Shown here: positions 18,881 to 26,377 of the stretch, piece by piece
How the letters are laid out: every line of letters starts with the position of its first letter
Position numbering within the stretch: position 1 is the stretch's first letter
Source of the DNA: Candidatus Dormiibacterota bacterium
GTDB taxonomy: Bacteria; Chloroflexota; Dormibacteria; CF-121
Direction of reading: 5' to 3'
Assembly: GCA_036782775.1 (NCBI GenBank)
Contig: DAIPYJ010000007.1
Coordinates: 1,082 to 65,081 of the forward strand
DNA: 64,000 nucleotides
Program-made: the position numbers and the translations under genes
Notes under the pieces: model-generated
What the model was told of the DNA's origin: nothing
The model's input: the letters and a program-made list of their open reading frames with translations, nothing else
Database searches by the model: none

Positions 18881-19294
18881 TCAGTTGAAGGTGCAGGTCG
18901 CGTTCAGGACGCCGTGGACGGTGCCCTTCGGCGGAGACGCCTTGTAGGTGAAGGTCTCGGTCGCCGGCGGAGCCTGGTGCAGCAGGTTGGCGTTGACGAG
19001 CTCGGTCGTGTTCACCGCGTCACCGGCGGCCGGGGTCGCCGTGTCGCCGCCAGCGGCGCCATCGGGATAGACGTTGTTGGTGTAGTAGTACAGGTCGACC
19101 GCGCCCTGGATGGTCGAACCGTCGGTCTTCATGGCGTTGCACGCCGCAGTCGCGTTGACGCCGGCGATGTTGAAGAGCACGATGGCGGCCAGTGCGCCCA
19201 GGATCGCGATCACGACGAGCAGTTCGACGAGGGTGAAGCCGCCCTGGCCGCGCCGGGATGCGCCACGGCCCTGCTTGAGGATTGAAAGAACCAT
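18881..19294 (-). CDS. pilA: type IV major pilin (prepilin with class III signal)
   Basis: Leader ending ...RRGQGG followed by FTLVELLVVIAILGALAAIVLF (the prepilin cleavage/methylation motif). 137 aa with two Cys in the C-terminal half. It is the last gene of the operon and is followed by a strong terminator. Confidence 0.8.
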   Translation of the reverse strand: MVLSILKQGRGASRRGQGGFTLVELLVVIAILGALAAIVLFNIAGVNATAACNAMKTDGSTIQGAVDLYYYTNNVYPDGAAGGDTATPAAGDAVNTTELVNANLLHQAPPATETFTYKASPPKGTVHGVLNATCTFN

Positions 19295-19327
19295 TGTTGT
19301 CGTATTACCTCCTTACTCACAGTCGAG

Positions 19328-19358
19328 ATTAGAGTCACTTTCTTGCGAGATCTGTAAA
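19328..19358 (-). promoter_or_regulatory. candidate internal sigma70-like promoter for pilA (weak call)
   Basis: The minus strand reads TTTACA-19 nt-TCTAAT in a locally AT-rich 70-nt gap upstream of the pilA RBS AAGGAGG. The 19-nt spacing is non-ideal. Confidence 0.2.
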
Positions 19359-19365
19359 ACGCCGG

Positions 19366-19517
19366 TCAGCGCAGTAGCAGTTGGGTCACGGCGATCGCCG
19401 CCAGCGCGACGGCCACCAGGGCGGCGGCGACCAGCAGCAGCGGTCGAGCGCGCCGGCCGAGACGGGGCGGCGCAAAGTCGACGGCGACCTGGGGCTTGCG
19501 ATCAGGCCGCGACACCG
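19366..19517 (-). CDS. tiny single-TM ORF (about 49 aa) overlapping the pilM stop; possible PilN remnant or micro-protein
   Basis: GTG start 8 nt after AAGGAGG, which lies inside the 3' end of pilM. It encodes VSRPDRKPQVAVDFAPPRLGRRARPLLLVAAALVAVALAAIAVTQLLLR, a positive N-terminus followed by one TM. Confidence 0.3.
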
Positions 19518-20413
19518 GTGTCACCTCCTTGTGACGGGCTGAGGCGAGGCTGCCAGCGCTCCTGCTGAAGGAGGCCGATTTCGGCGAAATGCGCCTGCCA
19601 GGGAAAGTCCGCGGATGCCTGCAGCCGAGTTTGCGGCGAACGAGCCTGGAAGCCGAAGCTTTGCCCGGCGCGTTCCGGTCCGCCATCGAGAAAAGCGAAG
19701 CGGCCACTCACCACAAGTGGTGTCCAGGGTCCGATGCTGATATCCGGCGCGGCGCCGCGCATGAACTTGACCAGCGCGGCCACCGAGAGGGATAGCTCCT
19801 CGAACTGCGCCTCGGCGTCGTCGGGGGGAGCGTCCAGTTGAAAGGTTCGCAAGAACCTGGGCCGGCCGCCGGCCATCAGGACCAGGGTCGCCTCGACGGC
19901 GCCCCACTCGAGCAGCAAGCCGTCGGCGACCCCCATGCCACGTGCCAGGGCCAGCGGCTTCAGGTCCATCCGTTCGACCGTGAGCCCTGCCGCGCCCAGT
20001 GCCGAGATGACGCCGTCGATCATGGCCCGCCGGGCAGCCACCAGGTAGACGGCGTATCCGCTGGCAATCCGCTGCGCCTGCCAGGCGAAATAGACATCCT
20101 CGGGATCCAGCGGAATCAACCTCCGCCCTTCAAACAGCACGGCACTGCTCAGCTCGCTGGCAGGAAGGCGGGGCAAACGAAAGTCGCGAAAGGCTGTTCC
20201 GGTCTCGGCAATGGCCACTCGCACCGTTCCGGGAGAAAATCGCTGCTCCTGGATGACGCCGCGAACCACGGCGGTCAGCAAGGGCGTCGGGATGCCATCG
20301 ACGACCGCCCCATCTGGCAAGAGCATCTCGGCATGGCGCGTGAGCTGTCGGCCGTCCGCCTCCAACAGTCGCAACTCGCGATTGCCAAGGTCGAGACCAA
20401 GCCGCCGGCTCAC
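19502..20413 (-). CDS. pilM: type IV pilus assembly protein PilM (actin-like ATPase fold)
   Basis: GTG start at 20411-20413 overlaps the upstream stop (GTGA), with GGAGG 6 nt upstream. The N-terminus VSRRLGLDLGNRELRLLEA matches the PilM signature. The longer 449-aa ORF in the track is an out-of-frame artefact upstream of this start. Confidence 0.7.
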   Translation of the reverse strand: MSRRLGLDLGNRELRLLEADGRQLTRHAEMLLPDGAVVDGIPTPLLTAVVRGVIQEQRFSPGTVRVAIAETGTAFRDFRLPRLPASELSSAVLFEGRRLIPLDPEDVYFAWQAQRIASGYAVYLVAARRAMIDGVISALGAAGLTVERMDLKPLALARGMGVADGLLLEWGAVEATLVLMAGGRPRFLRTFQLDAPPDDAEAQFEELSLSVAALVKFMRGAAPDISIGPWTPLVVSGRFAFLDGGPERAGQSFGFQARSPQTRLQASADFPWQAHFAEIGLLQQERWQPRLSPSQGGDTGVAA

Positions 20414-20847
20414 TGGTAGGCCTCCCAGGTCACGGCAGAGGTTCCGTTTCCGAGCTCCGTCACGAGGGCCGTCAAGCTCCGCGCGGTGCCGCTGGCGGTA
20501 ATCGTGAGGTTCCAGGTGGCGCCGTTGCCATGACAGGGGTTTCCTTTTCGGATGCGGGTGGTGACCGTAATTGGCGAACCGGCGTAGTTCAGGGTCACCG
20601 CACTCGTTCCAGGCGCATTGCAGCCATTGCCGTTCTTGTCGTCGATCGCTTGCATGCCATAGGCGAGCCCGGCGTCGAGCGCGTAGGTTGTGCGCGTGTC
20701 CGCCTTCACACCGGAGAGGCTGAGGAAAGCGCTGCTGGCCAGCGTCAGCGCCGCCGCAACAACGAGCAAGAAGGCGGCGACAAAGGTCATCACGATGAGC
20801 AATGCCTGGCCGGCTTCGGCGTGACGCTGAGGACGCATCAGAAGCAT
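20410..20847 (-). CDS. PilX-like / pseudopilin-like pilus assembly protein
   Basis: N-terminus MRPQRHAEAGQALLIVMTFVAAFLLVVAAALTLAS resembles the PilX_N hydrophobic segment. 145 aa. Coupled to its neighbours. Confidence 0.5.
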   Translation of the reverse strand: MLLMRPQRHAEAGQALLIVMTFVAAFLLVVAAALTLASSAFLSLSGVKADTRTTYALDAGLAYGMQAIDDKNGNGCNAPGTSAVTLNYAGSPITVTTRIRKGNPCHGNGATWNLTITASGTARSLTALVTELGNGTSAVTWEAYQ

Positions 20848-21308
20848 CCACCAGGCCGGTTACCGACGTTCAAGGTCGACGCGCTGGCGCCGGTCGTCGA
20901 CGGCTGAATGGTGACTGTGGCGTAGCAACCGATCGTCATCAGGGTGATGCTGGTGATCTCCCGGGCGGCCGTCTGGGCGCTCCCGTTGACGGTCCTGATC
21001 AGGTTGTTGCTGCCGTCCACGCTGTAGATCACGGTCGTCAGCGTCGCCGGAGCTCCATAGGTCAGGGTGATGGTGCTGACGCCGCCGGCGGTTCCGGGCA
21101 CGAGTGCATTGGCGCTGTTGAGATCCTTGACCAGGACCAGGCTGGCTTCGTTGACCGCCGTGTCGGCCGCGATCGCGCGCGCTTCCGTTGTCAGCGTCTG
21201 GTAGCCGACCAGGAAGGTGCCGGCGAGGGCGATGCTGACCACCACCATGATCGCGACGCCGACCGCCATTTCCACCAGGGTGAAGCCATGCTGCTGGCTA
21301 CGCCTCAT
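20838..21308 (-). CDS. minor pilin (prepilin-type N-terminal cleavage/methylation domain)
   Basis: MRRSQQHG then FTLVEMAVGVAIMVVVSIALAG. Confidence 0.7.
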   Translation of the reverse strand: MRRSQQHGFTLVEMAVGVAIMVVVSIALAGTFLVGYQTLTTEARAIAADTAVNEASLVLVKDLNSANALVPGTAGGVSTITLTYGAPATLTTVIYSVDGSNNLIRTVNGSAQTAAREITSITLMTIGCYATVTIQPSTTGASASTLNVGNRPGGCF

Positions 21309-21685
21309 GGTTGCTCCTTCAGAAAGAGAAGCTGCTCCCTACTACTGTTGGGACCGCTGACCGTAAGGCTGATCTCTTGCAGCCCGGCATCCGGGTTGGT
21401 GGTCTTGAAGCTGACCGGTGGTCCGGCAGCGTAGTTGAGGACTTGATAGCTGAACGAATAGCCAGCGCTGGTGAGGTTGGTATAGGTACCCGTCGTCGAG
21501 TACGCCTGACTCTTGATGTATTCGGCGTTGGAGCGGGTCAGGGTGTCAAGCTTGGTCAGTTGCTGATGGCGCGTCGCCGCGATGGTTGCCGCAGAAAACG
21601 CGCTCAGGATCGAGACGACGATGACGGCAAGCAGCGCGACCGCCACGGTGGTCTCGATCAGCGTGAAGCCGCGCTTGCGGTTCAT
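21305..21685 (-). CDS. minor pilin (prepilin-type N-terminal cleavage/methylation domain)
   Basis: MNRKRG then FTLIETTVAVALLAVIVVSILS. Its stop overlaps the downstream start. Confidence 0.7.
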   Translation of the reverse strand: MNRKRGFTLIETTVAVALLAVIVVSILSAFSAATIAATRHQQLTKLDTLTRSNAEYIKSQAYSTTGTYTNLTSAGYSFSYQVLNYAAGPPVSFKTTNPDAGLQEISLTVSGPNSSREQLLFLKEQP

Positions 21686-22908
21686 TTGATCGCCCCCACC
21701 AGCCCGTACATTGCCGAGATCAGCGAGATGGCGATAAAGCCGACGACCGCGCCGACCGCGATCGTCATCGCCGGCTCGATCATGGCCGTCATCGAGCGAA
21801 TCCGATGGTCGAGCTCTTCTTCGTAGAACTCGGCGGCCTGCTCCAGGTAGGTGTCGAGCGTTCCTGTCTCTTCACCAACGCGAACCATCTGCGTCAGCAT
21901 TGGCGGAAAGAGATGGGTGCGGAGCAGCGGGCCGGCGAAGCCTTCGCCTCCCGTCATCTGTTCCTTGACCCCGCGTAGGCCCTCCTGAAAGACGCGGTTT
22001 CCCGTGCTGGCGATCACGGCGTCGAAGGTCTGACCGAGCGGCACGCCTGCTTTCAAGACCATGGCAAGGGTTCGGGCAAAGCGGTTCAGGATCGCCGAGA
22101 GCACGATCGGGCCGAAAACGGGGATCCTGATCGCGATCACGTCCTTTCGATATCGGCCCCAATCGGTGCGGAGCGCCGCGACGGTGCCGGTGACCAGGGC
22201 GGCCAGGCCAACGCCGACTTCGAGCGCCCAGGTTTCCAGGAAGGTGACGATCCCGAGCAGAATGCGGGTCGGCAACGGTAGCTCGACCTTGAACTCGGCA
22301 AAGATGCGCACAAATGCCGGCAGCGCGAAAACCACGAGGATGATGACGACCCCGACGGCCAGCAGCAGGATGACGGTCGGATAGATCAGCGCCGATCGCA
22401 ACCGTCGCAGGGTGTTCAGGTCACGCCGGAGATAGACCGCGAGCTGTTGCAGCGTCGCCTCGAGATTTCCGGTCAGCTCGGCGACGCGGATCAGGTCGAT
22501 ATAGAGCTGAGAGAAGACGTTCGAGTGCTTGGCGAGGGCATCAGAAAGGTTGAGCCCACGTTCAAGGTCGTCGAGGATGGCAAGAATGACGCGCTTGAAG
22601 AGGGGTGAGGCCGCTTCTTCCGCCATGGTGCCAAGCGCGCGGCTCATCGGAACGCCGGCGCCGACGAAGGTTGCCAGCTGTCGAGTGAAGAGGATGATGT
22701 CGGCTTGTGAAATGCGAAACAAGGTGGGGAAGTAATCCGCCATCGTCTTGGCTGGTGGCGCCGGGTAGAGGCGGACGATCTTGAGCCCCTGCAGCCAGAG
22801 GCTCTGTTCGGCAGCGGAGCTGCCTTCGGCCTCGACCCGACCCTCGCGGCGCTCACCGTTCTCGGTGTACGCGCGATAGGCGTAGCTAGGCACCGCTGCC
22901 CTCGACAT
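21682..22908 (-). CDS. pilC: type IV pilus platform protein PilC (T2SS-F family)
   Basis: 408 aa with two T2SSF repeats and polytopic membrane topology. Confidence 0.85.
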   Translation of the reverse strand: MSRAAVPSYAYRAYTENGERREGRVEAEGSSAAEQSLWLQGLKIVRLYPAPPAKTMADYFPTLFRISQADIILFTRQLATFVGAGVPMSRALGTMAEEAASPLFKRVILAILDDLERGLNLSDALAKHSNVFSQLYIDLIRVAELTGNLEATLQQLAVYLRRDLNTLRRLRSALIYPTVILLLAVGVVIILVVFALPAFVRIFAEFKVELPLPTRILLGIVTFLETWALEVGVGLAALVTGTVAALRTDWGRYRKDVIAIRIPVFGPIVLSAILNRFARTLAMVLKAGVPLGQTFDAVIASTGNRVFQEGLRGVKEQMTGGEGFAGPLLRTHLFPPMLTQMVRVGEETGTLDTYLEQAAEFYEEELDHRIRSMTAMIEPAMTIAVGAVVGFIAISLISAMYGLVGAIK

Positions 22909-24610
22909 GGACCGACCGGATTACTTCGCTAATCGTCGTCAGGCCCTCGTCGACCTTGGCGATGCCCGCGCTTCGCAGCGTCATCATGCCTTCGCCGATG
23001 GCGCGTTCCCGTAGCGCTTCCGGCGGAGCATCACGAACCAGCAGGCGCTTGATCGCCTCGCTCATCCGCAGCACCTCGTAAACCCCGATCCGGCCGAGGT
23101 AGCCGGTGTGCGCGCACGAGGCGCACCCCGTGCCACGCCGAAACTCGGTCGCGACCCCGCCGGCGGCGCGGTAAAAACCGAGCTCATCCGCAGGCGGCTC
23201 GTAGCCTACGGCGCATTGCAGGCAGATCCGGCGCACCAGGCGCTGCGCCAGGACCCCGATCACGGCGGACGTCACCATGAACGATTCGATGCCCATTTCG
23301 ATAAATCGATAGATGGCGCCGATGGCGTCGGTGGCATGGAGGGACGAGAGAACCAGGTGGCCGGTGAGCGCCGACTGCACCGAGATCTCGGCCGTCTCCT
23401 TGTCGCGGATCTCGCCGACCAGGATGGCGTCCGGGTCCTGCCGGAGGATGGCGCGCAAGCCATTGGCGAAGCTGATCCCAGCCAGACGGTTGATCTGGAT
23501 CTGGTTGACGCCTTCGAAGGTGTATTCGACCGGATCCTCGATCGTCATGATGTTGCGCTCGACATGGTCGAGCTCGTTGAGCGAGGAATAGAGCGTGGTC
23601 GTCTTGCCACTTCCGGTCGGCCCGCTGACGAGCACCATGCCGTAAGGCGATCGGATCAACGAACGGTAGCCGTCAAGGGCCGAGGGCGCGAAGCCGAGGC
23701 TATCGAGGCCGAGGATCGATCGCGACCGTTCGAGCAGCCGGAGCACGACCTTCTCGCCCCAGATGGTCTCGATCGTTCCGACCCGGATGTCGAGGGGCCG
23801 TCCTTCGACGGTTGTCTGGATCTGGCCGTCCTGGCTGTGCCGGCGGTCGACGATATCGAGGTTGGCGAGCAGCTTGACGCGGGAGGCGATCGGCGCCGCC
23901 AGCGTCGCGGGCAGCCGGGTCGCCTCATGCAGGACGCCGTCGATGCGAAAGCGAACCCGCAGATGATCTTGCTGCGGCTCGATGTGGATGTCGGAAGCGC
24001 GCTCCTCGGCGCCTTCGGCAATGATCAGGTCGACGATCTGCACCACCGGCGCATCCTTGTTGACTTCGGCCAGACGGCGGCTCGGCCCCGCAGGCCGAAG
24101 CGTTTCCTCGAAGGAGCGGACGTGACGGTCGACGCCGGTTCGCAGCTTGTAGAACTGTCCGATCGCCTGCTCGATCTCCGAGCGCACGCCCAGCAGCGGC
24201 TTGATCCGTTTCCGCGTCAGCACCTTCAGCTCGGCGAACAGGGCCAGGTCGCCGGGGTCGACGGTGGCAACCTCCAGCTCGTCCTTGTCGAGACGGACCG
24301 GCAGGATGGCATGCTCGCGGGCGTAGGCCTCGGGGATGAGCGCCAGCGCATCTTTCTCGACTCGGGTACGCGTGAAATCGATCAGCGGCACCTTGAAGTG
24401 CTGGCTGAGCACGCGCGCCAGCGCCTTTTCCTCAACCAGCCCCTGGGCCAGCAGGACCTGCCCAAGCGGCTGTCGGCGCCGCCGCTGCTCGCCCAAGGCG
24501 GCGTCGAGCTGTTCGAGGGTCAGCAACCCGTTCTCGAGCAGCAGCTCTCCCAGTCGTTTATCCTGCCGAAGCCCGAGGCCGCTGGTTGGTTGACGTTCGA
24601 CCGCGCTCAC
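22886..24610 (-). CDS. pilB: type IV pilus assembly (extension) ATPase PilB/GspE
   Basis: N-terminal GSPII_E_N domain (LLENGLLTLEQLDAALGEQ), Walker A GPTGSGKTTTLYS, and a CxxC...CxxC tetracysteine motif. GTG start overlaps the upstream stop (GTGA). Confidence 0.85.
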   Translation of the reverse strand: MSAVERQPTSGLGLRQDKRLGELLLENGLLTLEQLDAALGEQRRRRQPLGQVLLAQGLVEEKALARVLSQHFKVPLIDFTRTRVEKDALALIPEAYAREHAILPVRLDKDELEVATVDPGDLALFAELKVLTRKRIKPLLGVRSEIEQAIGQFYKLRTGVDRHVRSFEETLRPAGPSRRLAEVNKDAPVVQIVDLIIAEGAEERASDIHIEPQQDHLRVRFRIDGVLHEATRLPATLAAPIASRVKLLANLDIVDRRHSQDGQIQTTVEGRPLDIRVGTIETIWGEKVVLRLLERSRSILGLDSLGFAPSALDGYRSLIRSPYGMVLVSGPTGSGKTTTLYSSLNELDHVERNIMTIEDPVEYTFEGVNQIQINRLAGISFANGLRAILRQDPDAILVGEIRDKETAEISVQSALTGHLVLSSLHATDAIGAIYRFIEMGIESFMVTSAVIGVLAQRLVRRICLQCAVGYEPPADELGFYRAAGGVATEFRRGTGCASCAHTGYLGRIGVYEVLRMSEAIKRLLVRDAPPEALRERAIGEGMMTLRSAGIAKVDEGLTTISEVIRSVHVEGSGA

Positions 24611-24798
24611 GCCGCGGCTCGGATCGGCCCTCGGAGCTGCTTGCGGATCTCTTCGAGCATCTCCGGCGTAAAGCGAAGATGCCGGCCTGGAGTACGAAAC
24701 GCCGCCTGGATGTCGCCACGGTTCACCGCTCGGATCAAGGTCGACTTGCTGATGCCCAGCACGCGGGCGGCTTCGGACGTCGACAGGGCCGGCTTCAT
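24607..24798 (-). CDS. excisionase/MerR-like HTH DNA-binding protein (63 aa) embedded in the pilus operon
   Basis: LSTSEAARVLGISKSTLIRAVNRGDIQAAFRTPGRHLRF is an HTH_17/excisionase-family fold. Its stop overlaps the pilB GTG start. Confidence 0.6.
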   Translation of the reverse strand: MKPALSTSEAARVLGISKSTLIRAVNRGDIQAAFRTPGRHLRFTPEMLEEIRKQLRGPIRAAA

Positions 24799-24842
24799 CA
24801 GCTCTCCAAGCGGAGCAAACGCGTCAACTGCCGCAAACTTGC

Positions 24843-25928
24843 TTAGGCGGCCAGGCGGCGCAGTTCCTCAGGGTGCTGGCTCCGGGTGGCCGCGAGGTTG
24901 TAATCGATCAGACCGGCGCGGATGAGGTCGCTGAGACTTCGCTCCATGGTGTTCATGCCCTCCTTGGCGCTCGTCTCCAGCACGTTGCGCAACTGGCGGG
25001 TTTTCCCCTCCTTGATCAGGTTCTGGACCGCGATCGTGTTGAGCAGAACCTCGAAGGCGGCGACTCGGCCCGGCCCGTCGCGCCGAGGCAGCAGCTGCTG
25101 ATAGATCACCGCCGCCAGCGTGCTCGACAATTGAATGCGGACCTGCTGTTGCTGCTCCGCCGGGAAGACGTCGACGATGCGGTCGACGGCCTGGGTGGTG
25201 TCGTTGGTATGCAAGGTCGCCAGCACCAGGTGGCCGGTTTCGGCGATCGTGATCGCCGCCGCGATCGTCTCGAGGTCGCGCATCTCACCCACCAGGAGCA
25301 CGTCGGGAGTCTGGCGCAGGGCGGCGCGCAGGGCGTCCGAAAAGGAGGCGACGTCCGCGCCCACCTCCCGTTGCTCGACAATACTGCGCTGATGCCGGTA
25401 GACATACTCGATCGGATCCTCGATCGTGATCACGTGGCAGGGCCGGTTGGCGACGATGTCGCTCACCATGGCGGCCAGCGTCGAGGACTTGCCCGACCCG
25501 GTTGGACCGGTGACCAGGATCAGTCCCTGGTTGAGCTTGGTGAGCCCGCGGACCACCACCGGCACGCCCAGCTGGTCGAAATTCGGAATCTGGTAGGGGA
25601 TGAGCCGCAGGGCCAGCCCGACCGAGCCCCGCTGCATGAAGGCGTTGATCCGGAAGCGCGCCTCGCCGCGCCAGTTGAAGGAGAAATCGAGATCGCGGCG
25701 CTCCTGGAACTGCTTCCAGCGCTCCCCCGACAGCACTTCGCGCGCCATCTGCTCGATCTGCTCGGGGCGCAGCGGCTGCGGCGCGATCGGGACGAGCGCG
25801 CCGTCCTTGCGCATGGTGGGCGGCGCCCCGGCGGAGAGGACGAGGTCGGACGCCGCCTGCTCCAGGAGGACCTGCAGATAGGCGTCAATCGTCAGGGCTG
25901 GCTGGGCTGGCTGGCCGGAGGGCGCCAT
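24843..25928 (-). CDS. pilT: twitching-motility retraction ATPase PilT
   Basis: Walker A GPTGSGKSST, plus the AIRNLIRE-like motif (IAVQNLIKEGK) and His box. 361 aa. Confidence 0.85.
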   Translation of the reverse strand: MAPSGQPAQPALTIDAYLQVLLEQAASDLVLSAGAPPTMRKDGALVPIAPQPLRPEQIEQMAREVLSGERWKQFQERRDLDFSFNWRGEARFRINAFMQRGSVGLALRLIPYQIPNFDQLGVPVVVRGLTKLNQGLILVTGPTGSGKSSTLAAMVSDIVANRPCHVITIEDPIEYVYRHQRSIVEQREVGADVASFSDALRAALRQTPDVLLVGEMRDLETIAAAITIAETGHLVLATLHTNDTTQAVDRIVDVFPAEQQQQVRIQLSSTLAAVIYQQLLPRRDGPGRVAAFEVLLNTIAVQNLIKEGKTRQLRNVLETSAKEGMNTMERSLSDLIRAGLIDYNLAATRSQHPEELRRLAA

Positions 25929-26347
25929 TGATCGACATCCTGTGCAACCTCCTCGGCGCAGCCTTCTTGCTTCCGCTGGGGAGTGCCCTTGGCAGCTTCT
26001 TTGAGGTGGTTCTCGATCGCGTGCCGCGCGGCGAATCGCTGCTCTGGCCCCCCTCCCATTGCCGCATCTGCAACCGGCGGCTGACGCCCGACGAGCTGGT
26101 GCCCGTGATCAGCTACCTGGCGCAGCATGGGCGCTGCCGAGGCTGCGACACGAGGATCGGCCGCGGCGTCCCGATTCGCGAGGGGCTGAGCGGGCTGGCG
26201 CTGGGTCTTCCCTGGCTGCTGGCCGGCTGCCAGTATCCGTCGATCGCGCTTGGTGTTGGCATCGTCGCGCTCCTCGTGATCTGGATCGCTCGCGGGCTCA
26301 CCCAGGGTCCCTTGCCGCGGACGCCGGACAGAACCAAAAGCAATTAA
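25928..26347 (+). CDS. pilD: prepilin peptidase N-terminal (Zn-ribbon, DiS-P-DiS) domain only; the A24 catalytic domain is absent or truncated
   Basis: LGSALGSFFEVVLDRVP...SHCRICNRRL...VPVISYLAQHGRCRGCDTRI...IRE matches the PilD N-domain, including both CxxC pairs. The ORF stops at TAA 26345-26347 after 139 aa. The TTG start shares a base with the pilT start codon. Confidence 0.6.
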   Translation: MIDILCNLLGAAFLLPLGSALGSFFEVVLDRVPRGESLLWPPSHCRICNRRLTPDELVPVISYLAQHGRCRGCDTRIGRGVPIREGLSGLALGLPWLLAGCQYPSIALGVGIVALLVIWIARGLTQGPLPRTPDRTKSN

Positions 26348-26377
26348 GGCTGCCGACCGACGTTACCTGTAACGGTT

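Noticed and set aside
19502-20851. 449-aa minus-strand ORF in the track, appearing to be one large protein
   Set aside because: Its first ~150 residues are Arg/Cys/His-rich nonsense that overlaps the PilX-like gene in another frame. The genuine PilM sequence begins at the GTG at 20411-20413, with GGAGG upstream and a GTGA overlap.
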